Origin: an uncultured Puniceicoccaceae bacterium
GTDB lineage: Bacteria > Verrucomicrobiota > Verrucomicrobiia > Opitutales > Oceanipulchritudinaceae
Assembly (NCBI GenBank): GCA_963933835.1
Contig: CAWVVV010000002.1
Location: 384,001-448,000 of the forward strand
Direction: 5' to 3'
DNA length: 64,000 nucleotides
Both the position numbers and the translations under genes were made by a program. Position 1 is the stretch's first letter. Every line of letters starts with the position of its first letter. Shown here piece by piece: positions 53,215 to 62,922 of the stretch. The notes under the pieces are model-generated. The model made no database searches. It was not told the origin of the DNA and saw only the letters and a list, made by a program, of their open reading frames with translations.

Positions 53215-54606
53215 ATGACTACAGACCTTTCCCAGATGACTTTCCCCAAAGCGAGCACTCCACACCCGAAGGAGACGCGTATCATCCTAGCGAATTCAGA
53301 GCGCGAAGATTTTGACGCTTCGATCGACTGTTACACACGCAATGGCGGATACGATGTGCTGAAGAAAGCACTCTCGATGAAACCGGAGGAGGTTCACCAA
53401 GAAGTCCTCGATAGTGGAATTCGTGGCCGCGGCGGTGCTGGCTTTCCTGCAGGGATGAAATGGAAGTTTCTCGATCGCAAAAGTGGTAAGCCGATCTACC
53501 TGATCTGCAACGCGGACGAGTCGGAGCCGGGGACCTTTAAGGACCGCCAAATCATGCACAAAGATCCGCATCAGCTGATCGAAGGCATGATGATCACGGC
53601 CTACGCAATCAACGCTGCCCAAGCCTTTATCTATATCCGCGAAGAGATGCCTTATGGCGCCCAGATTCTCGATCAAGCGATCGCAGAGGCGAAGGCCGTT
53701 GGTTTTGTCGGCGATAATATCGGCGGAAGCGGATACTCCTGTGAGCTGATTGTTCACCGTGGTGCTGCAGCATACATCTGTGGTGAAGAAACAGGGCTCA
53801 TTGAGTCGCTCGAAGGCAAGCGCGCCTATCCGCGAATCAAGCCTCCTTATTTTCCAGCAGCCCTCGGCCTCTACATGTGCCCGACAATCGTGAACAACGT
53901 GGAGACGCTTTGCCATGTGAAGCATATTGTTGAGCGAGGCGGTCGGGCGTATTCAGAAATTGGGACGCCGAATAATTCTGGAACACGTATCTGGTGCCTC
54001 AGTGGCCACGTCATGCGCCCCGGTTACTACGAACTCGAAACGGGTAAAGTAACCTACGGTGAGCTGATCAATGATATCGGAGGAGGCTTGCGTTCAGGAC
54101 GCACCCTACAGGCGGTCATTCCAGGCGGCTCGAGTTCAAAGATCTGGCGCGCCGGTGAACGCTTTAAAGGCAAGCTCCGAAATGGAACAGAGTTTGACTG
54201 GGCGATCGATGATATCCCGCTCGATTTTGACAGCCCGGCTGCAGCTGGGTCGATGAGTGGCTCCGGTGCCGTCATCGTGATCGACGATAGCGCCGACATC
54301 GTCGAGGTGCTCGCGAACATCAATGAGTTCTACGCACACGAAAGTTGCGGCCAATGCACGCCGTGTCGTGAAGGTAGCCTCTGGATGAAAAAAATCACTG
54401 CGCGTATGGCCAGAGGTGGCGCCCGACCAGAAGATGCTCAGCTTCTCGCCTCGATCGGTGATCAAATCGCAGGGAAGACAATCTGTGCCCACGGTGAAGC
54501 CTGCGCATGGCCGACCCAGAGCTTTGTTAATAAGTTTGAAGATAAATTCGTCGCGAAGGCTGAAGACAAGAGCCCTGAGCCAAAGAGTGAATTCCAAATG
54601 GTGTAG
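53215..54606 (+). CDS. nuoF: NADH-quinone oxidoreductase subunit F
   Basis: GRGGAGFP, NADESEPGTFKDR, YICGEET, HESCGQCTPCREG. Confidence 0.97.
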   Translation: MTTDLSQMTFPKASTPHPKETRIILANSEREDFDASIDCYTRNGGYDVLKKALSMKPEEVHQEVLDSGIRGRGGAGFPAGMKWKFLDRKSGKPIYLICNADESEPGTFKDRQIMHKDPHQLIEGMMITAYAINAAQAFIYIREEMPYGAQILDQAIAEAKAVGFVGDNIGGSGYSCELIVHRGAAAYICGEETGLIESLEGKRAYPRIKPPYFPAALGLYMCPTIVNNVETLCHVKHIVERGGRAYSEIGTPNNSGTRIWCLSGHVMRPGYYELETGKVTYGELINDIGGGLRSGRTLQAVIPGGSSSKIWRAGERFKGKLRNGTEFDWAIDDIPLDFDSPAAAGSMSGSGAVIVIDDSADIVEVLANINEFYAHESCGQCTPCREGSLWMKKITARMARGGARPEDAQLLASIGDQIAGKTICAHGEACAWPTQSFVNKFEDKFVAKAEDKSPEPKSEFQMV

Positions 54607-54612
54607 TAGGAA

Positions 54613-55032
54613 ATGGAGACACAAGTAATTAACCACGAAGTTCACGAAGAGCACGAAGGCTATACTTTCGAGCCTCTCTCGAAACGTATCATTTCCGCAG
54701 CGATCGAGGTTCATCGCGAGTTAGGTCCAGGTCTTCTTGAATCCGCATACATGGCGTGTTTCGCGCATGAATTGTCTTTAATGGACATTGAGGCTGAGTT
54801 AGGGGTCCCTCTGCCTGTTCAATACAAAGGCTTGGCGGTCCCGACTAGCTATCGAATGGATTTGGTAATTGATAATGAAATTTTAGTGGAGTTAAAGAGC
54901 GTTGCTTCACTCGAGCCTATTCACGAAGCACAGGTTTTAACTTACCTTAAGCTCTCTGGTTTGAAAAAGGCTCTGCTGATTAACTTTAATGTTCCATTGT
55001 TAAAAGACGGCATCCGCCGATTTGTCCGATGA
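54613..55032 (+). CDS. GxxExxY-family PD-(D/E)xK nuclease-fold protein
   Basis: VHRELGPGLLESAY, YRMDLVI...VELKSV, H.AQVLTYLKL, LINF. Confidence 0.93.
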   Translation: METQVINHEVHEEHEGYTFEPLSKRIISAAIEVHRELGPGLLESAYMACFAHELSLMDIEAELGVPLPVQYKGLAVPTSYRMDLVIDNEILVELKSVASLEPIHEAQVLTYLKLSGLKKALLINFNVPLLKDGIRRFVR

Positions 55033-55082
55033 AACGATTCAATTCTAGTTTTTTCTTCGTTAACTTCGTGATCTTCGTGTTA
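54631..55082. mobile_element. Putative minimal mobile element: GxxExxY gene between inverted 3x CACGAAG arrays
   Basis: Left CACGAAG at 54634, 54643, 54652; right CTTCGT(T/G) at 55055, 55064, 55073; 22/28 identity between the arms; AT-richer than flanking nuo genes. Confidence 0.55.
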
Positions 55083-55114
55083 GAAAACCACGTTATATTC
55101 GAGGACATTATTTA

Positions 55115-56815
55115 ATGAGTAACTCGATCGAAGATTTGATTAGGATTAACCTGAACGGTAAGGACGTTGAAGTTCCTAACCGAATGAATCTCGTCGATGC
55201 GGCTGAGATGCATGGCGTCGAAATTCCGCACTATTGCTACCACTCTAAGCTCAGTGTGGCGGGTAATTGCCGCATGTGTCTGATTGAGATGGGCACGCCG
55301 GGTCGTGACCGTGCGACAGGTGAGGCAATGCTCAATGAGGATGGCTCGCCGAAGATCATGTGGGTGCCAAAGCCGGTTATCGCCTGTGCGACGAATGTAT
55401 CGCCGGGGATGCATGTGAACACGGAGTCCGAAACGGTGAAGGGATGCCGCGAGGGCGTAATGGAATTTCTCCTCGTAAACCACCCGCTGGATTGCCCGAT
55501 TTGTGACCAGGCAGGGGAGTGCCGCCTGCAGGAATTTTCAACCGACTATGGCCGTGGCTACTCACGCTTCATCGAAGAGAAGAACGTAAAGCCCAAGCGC
55601 ACTCGTATCGGCCCGCGCGTCATGTTGGATGATGAGCGCTGTATTTTGTGCTCCCGTTGCGTTCGCTTTGCAGACGAAATCATTGAAGATCATGTCCTCG
55701 GCTTTATCGACCGTGGCAGCTACTCGACGCTGACGACCTTCCCAGGTAAAGAGCTCAATAGTAATTACTCTCTAAATACTGTGGACATCTGCCCGGTGGG
55801 TGCGCTCACGAGCACTGACTTCCGCTTTAAAATGCGAGTTTGGTTCCTCCGGGAAACGCCTTCGATTGATGCCGAGTCGAGTGTTGGTTGCAACACCATG
55901 GTCGGCAGCCGCGAGGGTAAGATTTACCGAATCACTCCGCAACAGAACGACGAAGTAAACGACACTTGGATGCCTGACTCAGGTCGCGAGCTCTATAAGA
56001 AGGTAGAGTCTAAGGATCGTCTCGATAGCTACGCGATCGAAGGTCGTCCAGTATCGGCAGATGAGGCTCTGGCAAAAGCAGCCGAACTCTTGCAAGGTGG
56101 TAAGGTCGCGATCGTCGGCAGCGCTACGCTTGCGCTCGAAGAACAATTTGTCCTCACCAAAATTCGTGAGACACTCGGTGCTGAGATCCCGTCGTATTGG
56201 GTTTCTCATTACGCAGATGGTGATGGGAAGCTCTTAAGTGCAGACCGCACGCCGAACCTTCGCGGCGGTCTCTTGAGCGGGTTTACCGATGCACTTCCGG
56301 TAGCAGAGCTCAGCGAGCTCGGAGCGAAAATCGATTCCGGCGAAATCACGACGATCTTGTCTGTCGGTGAAAAAATTTGTGCTGCAGGCATCAGTGATGA
56401 ACAGCTGAAAAAGGCGAAGGTCATTTACATTGGTGAAGAGCTTTGCTCGACGAGTCAGTTCGCAGAGGTCGAGATCCCACTTCTCACCGTGTTTGAAAAA
56501 TCAGGCACCTTCGTTAATCAACAGTTTCGAGTGCAAAAGTTCACTCAGGCGATTCCAGGGCCATCGAGTGTGATCTTTGGACTCTCTAATTTTACCAAGT
56601 TGCACCACCTCCTCGACGCCGATTCGCCGTATGCGCCAAGTCCGGCCGCGATCTGGCAACACATGGCACAGGCGGTGCCCGAATTTGCCGACCTGACCTT
56701 CAACGGAATCCCGGCGACGGGCGTTGTTGTTTCCGATCATCGATTCGCGGCGCTTGAATTCGTTGATGGCCCGTCGATTCACTTTCAGCCCAAAAACGCT
56801 GCCGTTGAGGCCTAA
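55115..56815 (+). CDS. nuoG: NADH-quinone oxidoreductase subunit G (short form)
   Basis: IPHYCYH, GNCRMC, HPLDCPICDQAGEC.LQ, CILCSRC, CPVGALT. Confidence 0.95.
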   Translation: MSNSIEDLIRINLNGKDVEVPNRMNLVDAAEMHGVEIPHYCYHSKLSVAGNCRMCLIEMGTPGRDRATGEAMLNEDGSPKIMWVPKPVIACATNVSPGMHVNTESETVKGCREGVMEFLLVNHPLDCPICDQAGECRLQEFSTDYGRGYSRFIEEKNVKPKRTRIGPRVMLDDERCILCSRCVRFADEIIEDHVLGFIDRGSYSTLTTFPGKELNSNYSLNTVDICPVGALTSTDFRFKMRVWFLRETPSIDAESSVGCNTMVGSREGKIYRITPQQNDEVNDTWMPDSGRELYKKVESKDRLDSYAIEGRPVSADEALAKAAELLQGGKVAIVGSATLALEEQFVLTKIRETLGAEIPSYWVSHYADGDGKLLSADRTPNLRGGLLSGFTDALPVAELSELGAKIDSGEITTILSVGEKICAAGISDEQLKKAKVIYIGEELCSTSQFAEVEIPLLTVFEKSGTFVNQQFRVQKFTQAIPGPSSVIFGLSNFTKLHHLLDADSPYAPSPAAIWQHMAQAVPEFADLTFNGIPATGVVVSDHRFAALEFVDGPSIHFQPKNAAVEA

Positions 56816-56824
56816 GGGAAACGT

Positions 56825-57943
56825 ATGATACCATTCGAGATACCTTTTGAGAACACCGTCCTCGTCGTTGTAAAGGGGGCCGTGATGATCGCAGTGGTCA
56901 TGGGGATGGCTGCCTACGCTGTTTTGGTCGAACGCAAGGTAGCGGCCTGGATTCAAGGTCGCCCGGGCCCAAATCGCACAAGCTTGCCTTTGATCGGTGG
57001 CATTCCGGTGATCGGACCCTTCCTTACGCGTCTCGGGGTTTTTCAGCCAGCGGCAGATGGCCTTAAGTTTCTCTTCAAAGAAGATGCGCTGCCGGGCCAC
57101 GTAAATAAATTCTACTACGTCCTCGCTCCGCTCATTTCGTTCATCCCAGCGATGACGACGATGACGGTGCTACCGTTCGGAGTTTGGATCAGTGCTGAAG
57201 GTGTCGCGTCACCGCTTGTCCTTGCTAACCTCGATATCGGGATCCTCTTCATTCTAGCGGTTTCATCGCTCGGTGTTTACGGCATCATCCTTGCGGGTTG
57301 GTCAGCGAATTCGAAATACCCGTTTCTTGGCGGCATCCGTGCGAGTGCGCAGATGATCAGTTACGAGCTTGCGATGGGACTTTCGCTCCTGCCCGTCTTC
57401 ATGTGGTATGCTGGCTCAGGTGCGACAATGAATATAGCGCATATCGTTGATGCGCAGAGCGGTAGATTACTGATTTTTCCTGCTTACACGATTTTCATCC
57501 AACCACTCTCGGCATTGATTTTCCTCGTCGCGCTCTTCGCAGAGACGAATCGCCTGCCGTTTGATATGCCCGAGTCTGAGACCGATCTCGTTGCGGGTTA
57601 CAACACTGAGTATGGCGCTTTTAAGTTCGGGCTCTTCTTTGTTGGTGAATACACCCACATCATCATCGGCTCAGGTGTTTTTGCAGCGCTCTTCCTTGGT
57701 GGGTGGCATATCGGTTACGACATCCCGTGGCCAACAGGCATCCTCGGTGCACTTCTCTCAGCAAGCGTCTTCCTCACCAAAACCTGTGCCCTTGTCTTCT
57801 TCTTCATTTGGGTGCGTTGGACGTTGCCGCGTTTCCGCTACGACCAAGTAATGAATCTCGGCTGGAAGAAACTCCTTCCGATCTCGATCGCTAACCTCCT
57901 CTTCTATACAGTGCTCGTCGCTTTGATGGAGTCTGTTTTATAA
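56825..57943 (+). CDS. nuoH: NADH-quinone oxidoreductase subunit H
   Basis: ERKV...Q.R.GPN, ADGLK...KE, AQMISYE, ETNRLPFD, PRFRYDQ. Confidence 0.97.
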   Translation: MIPFEIPFENTVLVVVKGAVMIAVVMGMAAYAVLVERKVAAWIQGRPGPNRTSLPLIGGIPVIGPFLTRLGVFQPAADGLKFLFKEDALPGHVNKFYYVLAPLISFIPAMTTMTVLPFGVWISAEGVASPLVLANLDIGILFILAVSSLGVYGIILAGWSANSKYPFLGGIRASAQMISYELAMGLSLLPVFMWYAGSGATMNIAHIVDAQSGRLLIFPAYTIFIQPLSALIFLVALFAETNRLPFDMPESETDLVAGYNTEYGAFKFGLFFVGEYTHIIIGSGVFAALFLGGWHIGYDIPWPTGILGALLSASVFLTKTCALVFFFIWVRWTLPRFRYDQVMNLGWKKLLPISIANLLFYTVLVALMESVL

Positions 57944-57961
57944 AGAACCTTTCTCGTCGCT

Positions 57962-58510
57962 ATGCCTACTTCAGTAAAAGTTGTTGATCGCAAGCCGCTG
58001 AGCTTTTCGGAAAGAACCTACCTTCCGCAGATCGTCAGTGGTTTGAAGATCACGATGAAAAACATGTTCAAGCCGGCCGTGACACTGGAATATCCGGATG
58101 AGCGGCCAAAGATTCCAACTGGCTATCGTGGCGTGCCCACGCTCGTAAAGGATCCTAAGGGTCGCGAAAAGTGCGTTTCTTGCCAACTCTGTGAATTTGT
58201 CTGCCCTCCGAAAGCGATCCGCATCACACCCGGTTCAATCGCTGAGGATGATGACCAGGCCCACGTTGAGAAGGCTCCAAAGGAGTTCGAAATCAACATG
58301 CTCCGCTGCATTTACTGCGGGTTTTGCCAAGAGGTGTGCCCAGAAGAGGCGATCTGGCTCCAAGACATCTACTCCGTCAGTGGTTATTCCCGCGAGGAGA
58401 TGGTGAATAAGAAAGACAAACTTTACGAACTCGGTGGAACCCTCCCCGATGAACATTTCAAATGGGATAAAAAGAAGACGGCAGAGGAGGCCGGCGGCAC
58501 ACACCATTAG
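57962..58510 (+). CDS. nuoI: NADH-quinone oxidoreductase subunit I
   Basis: Two CxxCxxCxxxCP motifs. Confidence 0.96.
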   Translation: MPTSVKVVDRKPLSFSERTYLPQIVSGLKITMKNMFKPAVTLEYPDERPKIPTGYRGVPTLVKDPKGREKCVSCQLCEFVCPPKAIRITPGSIAEDDDQAHVEKAPKEFEINMLRCIYCGFCQEVCPEEAIWLQDIYSVSGYSREEMVNKKDKLYELGGTLPDEHFKWDKKKTAEEAGGTHH

Positions 58511-58584
58511 GATGTCTTCGGTTCGTTTGGGAAAAATAACCTTCTCAAGTCGCGGACCAAACTCTTAAGTCCCACAACTTTCGC

Positions 58585-59082
58585 ATGGATTGGCTCTTTA
58601 TCATATTTGCGGTGCTCACCCTCGTGCCGGCTATCGTTACAGCGACTGCGAAGAATCCGGTTACAGCGGCGATGAACATGATCGTCTCGTTTGTCTCGAT
58701 GGCGGCCTTGATGGTTCTGCTCGAGACCTACTTTCTGGCTGTCTTACAGGTGCTGGTCTATGCCGGAGCAATCGTTGTCCTTTTCCTTTTCATCATCATG
58801 CTGATCGATGATGAAAAAGCACCGCGAGCTGGAGTGGTTCGAACGATCGCAGCAATGGTGGCCTTTCTTCTGATGTGTTTTACAGTGCTCTACCTTTTCT
58901 TTGGCGAGTATGCGATGGAAACGCCGGTCCTCGCAGAAGCGACGATGGACACCGTCCGTGTCTTCGGCGTCGAGCTGTTCACTCAGTACATGCTGCCATT
59001 CCAAGTTTCAGGCTTCATGCTCCTCATCGCGATGGTCGGCGTAATTGTTTTGAGTAAAACTCCACCCAAGGAGGACGTCTGA
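58585..59082 (+). CDS. nuoJ: NADH-quinone oxidoreductase subunit J
   Basis: QVLVYAGAIVVLFLFIIML; operon position. Confidence 0.95.
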   Translation: MDWLFIIFAVLTLVPAIVTATAKNPVTAAMNMIVSFVSMAALMVLLETYFLAVLQVLVYAGAIVVLFLFIIMLIDDEKAPRAGVVRTIAAMVAFLLMCFTVLYLFFGEYAMETPVLAEATMDTVRVFGVELFTQYMLPFQVSGFMLLIAMVGVIVLSKTPPKEDV

Positions 59083-59402
59083 TGGCAATCGCCTTACCGC
59101 ACTATTTGCTCGTTTCAGGGCTGCTCTTTGTCATCGGGCTTTTTGGCGTTCTTCTGCGCCGAAACACGCTGGTAGTCTTTATGTGTCTTGAGTTGATGCT
59201 CAGCGCTTCGATTTTGGCTCTGGTTGCATTCTCTCGTTACCATAGCACACCGGAAGCACCTCTCTTCGAGGGGAATACGTTTGTCCTCTTTATCATCGCC
59301 ATAGCCGCCTGTGAAGTAGCGGTTGGTCTGGCGATCATCGTCGCGCTCTGGCGCAGGAAACAAAGCGTCGATCTAGGGTCGATGGCGGAACTGAAAAACT
59401 AG
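59082..59402 (+). CDS. nuoK: NADH-quinone oxidoreductase subunit K
   Basis: RRN, ELML, AACEVAVGLA. Confidence 0.95.
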   Translation: MAIALPHYLLVSGLLFVIGLFGVLLRRNTLVVFMCLELMLSASILALVAFSRYHSTPEAPLFEGNTFVLFIIAIAACEVAVGLAIIVALWRRKQSVDLGSMAELKN

Positions 59403-59415
59403 CTGGCGACGATAC

Positions 59416-61317
59416 ATGTCTGACGTGCCCTCACTGCTCACTCTTATACTAGTCAACCCGATCGTGGCTGCTGCCCTGATCTGGATATTTGGGCGCCAGC
59501 GCCACAATTTGGCAGCGGGTATTTCGGTCCTGTCTGCGGGCATTGGAATGGTGGCTGGTCTGCTCATCCTCCTACAAGCTTGGGATGGCGAAGCGCTTCA
59601 GGGTGGCTCGCTTCAAGTCGAGTGGCTCACGCTCGGGAGTTGGACGCTCAATATTGGTTTTTATCTCAACGAAATTTCGGCCGCGATGCTCGGTATCGTG
59701 ACCTTTGTTGGTTTCTGGATCCATCTTTTCAGCCTTGGCTACATGCAGGGGGATGCGGGCAAGGGTCGCTTCTTTGGCGGGCTTTCGATTTTCATGTTTT
59801 CCATGCTCGGGATCGTCCTCGCGGACAACCTCTTCATGGTCTTCATCTTCTGGGAGCTTGTGGGCTTTAGTTCCTACATGCTCATCGGCCATTATCTTAC
59901 GGATGTAGCGGCTGCCGCTTCGCGAAAGGCTTTCATTACGAATCGAGTGGGGGACTTTGGCTTCCTCCTCGGAATCGTCATGATTTTCTGGCAGTTCGGC
60001 ACGACCGATCTAGTTGCTCTCGGCGAGCAAGGGGTTGCGGTTTCGACCGTCGTCGGCCTGCTCTTCTTCTGTGGCGTGCTTGGTAAGTCTGCCCAGATGC
60101 CGCTTCATGTTTGGCTGCCGGATGCGATGGCGGGTCCGACTCCAATTTCGGCTCTCATTCACGCGGCAACGATGGTCGCGGCAGGTGTTTTCCTCCTCGC
60201 GCGGACGTATTTCCTTTTTGATGACAGTGCGCTGCAGGTTATCGGCTGGATAGGAACGATCACAGCCTTGAGCGCAGCGATCTGGGCTTTCGCTCAGCGG
60301 GATATCAAAAAGATCCTCGCTTACTCCACGCTCTCACAGCTCGGCTACATGGTGGCTGCATTTGGTTTGGGGACGCTTTACGGGCGTCACTACAATGGCG
60401 AAGGTCATGCCGAGTTTGCTGCTCTCTGGGGTGTTGGTGCGTCGATGTTCCACCTCACGACCCATGCTTTCTTTAAGGCCCTCATGTTCCTTGGCTCCGG
60501 CTCAGTCATCCATGCCTGCCACCGCGAGCAAGACATCTTTAAGATGGGTGGGCTCTGGAAGAAGATGCCGATCACTGGGACAATGTTTTTCATCGGCTTG
60601 ATCGCCATTGCCGGGGTCCCGTTCCTCGGCGCAGGTTTCTTTTCAAAGGATCTGATTTTGGTTTTGGCGAAAGGGCAAAGTGCTCCGGCGTTTTACATCC
60701 TGACTTTTACCGCGGTGCTGACGGCAATCTACATGGGTCGTCTCTTCGTCATCGCTTTCCTTGGCAAAGCAAACAGCGAACACGCCAAGGAGACGTCGTG
60801 GACGATGTGGCTTCCGTTGGTTGTTCTCGCGATCTTCTCGGTCGGAGCCATTTGGGGTCTAGAGCTTTTCCCTAAAGGAGTGAAGCCGCTCTTTCATGAT
60901 TACGTGCACCATGCTGAGGGGAATGAGTTCGTCCTCATGGTCATCATCTCTTCGGTCGCTTCTATTGTAGGTCTTGCTGTCGCCTACTTCTTCTATGGAG
61001 CGGGCGCGGCGACTGATCGCTTGGAGAGCGCGCTCAAACCGCTTTGGTCCCTCAGCCGATCACGCTTCTATTTCGATGAGATCTACAGCTGGTATGTGAA
61101 GAACGTCCAGGACCGGGTAGCGGTCTTTGTCGATTTCTTCGATGCGCTTTTCATTGGCGGCTTGGGGATGCGCGGTTCGGCGGGCGCAACCGGTTTAGCC
61201 GGTATGCTGGTGCGGAGTTTCCATGGCGGAAGCGTCGCGATCTATGTGTGGTCTTTCTTTATCGGTGTCGTGATTGTGTGGGTCGTCGCCACAGATGCTG
61301 TCACTTCGCTGTTCTAA
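59416..61317 (+). CDS. nuoL: NADH-quinone oxidoreductase subunit L
   Basis: WELVG..SY.LIG, KSAQ.PLHVWLPDAMAGPTP.SALIHAATMV, HAFFKAL. Confidence 0.97.
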   Translation: MSDVPSLLTLILVNPIVAAALIWIFGRQRHNLAAGISVLSAGIGMVAGLLILLQAWDGEALQGGSLQVEWLTLGSWTLNIGFYLNEISAAMLGIVTFVGFWIHLFSLGYMQGDAGKGRFFGGLSIFMFSMLGIVLADNLFMVFIFWELVGFSSYMLIGHYLTDVAAAASRKAFITNRVGDFGFLLGIVMIFWQFGTTDLVALGEQGVAVSTVVGLLFFCGVLGKSAQMPLHVWLPDAMAGPTPISALIHAATMVAAGVFLLARTYFLFDDSALQVIGWIGTITALSAAIWAFAQRDIKKILAYSTLSQLGYMVAAFGLGTLYGRHYNGEGHAEFAALWGVGASMFHLTTHAFFKALMFLGSGSVIHACHREQDIFKMGGLWKKMPITGTMFFIGLIAIAGVPFLGAGFFSKDLILVLAKGQSAPAFYILTFTAVLTAIYMGRLFVIAFLGKANSEHAKETSWTMWLPLVVLAIFSVGAIWGLELFPKGVKPLFHDYVHHAEGNEFVLMVIISSVASIVGLAVAYFFYGAGAATDRLESALKPLWSLSRSRFYFDEIYSWYVKNVQDRVAVFVDFFDALFIGGLGMRGSAGATGLAGMLVRSFHGGSVAIYVWSFFIGVVIVWVVATDAVTSLF

Positions 61318-61320
61318 ATT

Positions 61321-62910
61321 ATGAGCGCTCCTTTATCACTCGCTTTGTTCGAAGGTCTTCGCCCGGTTTTAGAAGGGTTCGAGAACGCTGGGTACAGCCG
61401 CATCGCTCTCGTTCTCGCCGTGATCTTTCCACTTTGCATGGCGATCTCGATGACGCTGGGTGGAGCCATGTCCGACCTCCATGCGAAGGCAGCAGCGATG
61501 GTTGGTTTCATCGTTCCAGCCGTTTTAAGCCTCTTGTTGGCTGTCGTGTATTACGGTCAGGACTACGCGGGTGGTTATGCCTTTGGGATTCTGCAGGACA
61601 TGGGTCTCGGAAACTTTGGCATCTATTTTCATCTCGGACTCAACGGTATTTCGATGCCGCTCTTTGTCCTCGCAGGTGTTGTTGGCCTAGCGGCGGGTGG
61701 TTACGCCGTCACTGGGAAGATGGAGAAAATCCGCATCTACCTGATTCTCCTCTTGGTCATGCAAGCTGGTCTGATGGGAACGTTTGCTTCGGTTGATGTG
61801 CTCTTCTTCTACCTCTTTCACGAGTTCGCCCTTATCCCAACATTCATCCTCATCGCGATGTGGGGTGGTCGCGGTCGACGCACGGTGGCGCTCGAAATGT
61901 CGATCTACCTGACCCTCGGTGCGATGCTTACGCTGGCGGGTTTGCTTCTGCTCTATCTCAAGAGCGATGCGGTGGCGTTTAACATGATCGAGCTCCGCGC
62001 TTTCGCGTCATCGGTTGAATATGGTAGCTTGATCTCGGCCCTCCTCCTCCTCGGGTTCGGGGTGCTTGTCTCACTCTTTCCTTTTCACAGCTGGGCGCCA
62101 AACGGCTACGCTACGGCGCCGGCATCGAATGCGATGCTCCATGCAGGCGTGCTGAAGAAGTTCGGCCTCTACGGGCTGGTGCAGATCGTTCTTCCGATCT
62201 TGCCTGCGGGCTTTATCGAGTGGTCGCCTGCTCTGATGTGGTTGGCGCTGGGTAATATCATCATCATCGGCTTTGTCACGATGGCTCAGCGCGATCTCAA
62301 GATGATGCTCGGTAATGCTTCCGTGATGCACATGGGTTACGCATTCCTTGGCCTCTTCGCTTTCAGCACGGTCGGTGTTGGCGGTGCTGTCATGATGATG
62401 TTCGCGCACGGTTTTTCGATCGCGCTCCTTTTCCTTCTCGCCGATGTCATCGAACGTCGCGCTGGCACGACTGAGCTTTCTGAGCTCGGTGGCATGGGTA
62501 AAGAAGCACCGGTTCTAGCGGCCTTTTTCATCGCTGCTACGATGGCGAGTATTGGTCTCCCGGGTTTTGCAAATTTCTGGGGCGAACTAGCGATCTTTGT
62601 TTCCCTTTGGGATTCAGCCACGCCTTGGGTTATCGCTCCGGCGGCGGCAGGTATTGTGATCTCCGCTGTTTACGGGCTGCGGGCGGTCTCAAAGATTTTC
62701 TTCGGTGAAGCGAAGGCGAAGTACGAGGGCGGTGACCTGACTGCTCTCGAGAAATGGCCAGCACTTGTTCTGCTCATCGGGCTTCTGGCCGTCGGCTTCT
62801 GGCCGCGACTCGTTTCCGATGATATCGACGCAGCGGTGCAGGATGTGATTCGTGCCGCTGAGCCGGCGCTTGCAGCTGCTGCGCAAGACTTGACTGTGGC
62901 AGAGAGATAA
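61321..62910 (+). CDS. nuoM: NADH-quinone oxidoreductase subunit M
   Basis: FYLFHE..LIP, FPFHSWAP, HMG, HG, GLPG..NF.GE. Confidence 0.95.
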   Translation: MSAPLSLALFEGLRPVLEGFENAGYSRIALVLAVIFPLCMAISMTLGGAMSDLHAKAAAMVGFIVPAVLSLLLAVVYYGQDYAGGYAFGILQDMGLGNFGIYFHLGLNGISMPLFVLAGVVGLAAGGYAVTGKMEKIRIYLILLLVMQAGLMGTFASVDVLFFYLFHEFALIPTFILIAMWGGRGRRTVALEMSIYLTLGAMLTLAGLLLLYLKSDAVAFNMIELRAFASSVEYGSLISALLLLGFGVLVSLFPFHSWAPNGYATAPASNAMLHAGVLKKFGLYGLVQIVLPILPAGFIEWSPALMWLALGNIIIIGFVTMAQRDLKMMLGNASVMHMGYAFLGLFAFSTVGVGGAVMMMFAHGFSIALLFLLADVIERRAGTTELSELGGMGKEAPVLAAFFIAATMASIGLPGFANFWGELAIFVSLWDSATPWVIAPAAAGIVISAVYGLRAVSKIFFGEAKAKYEGGDLTALEKWPALVLLIGLLAVGFWPRLVSDDIDAAVQDVIRAAEPALAAAAQDLTVAER

Positions 62911-62922
62911 AGACTTTTTTTG

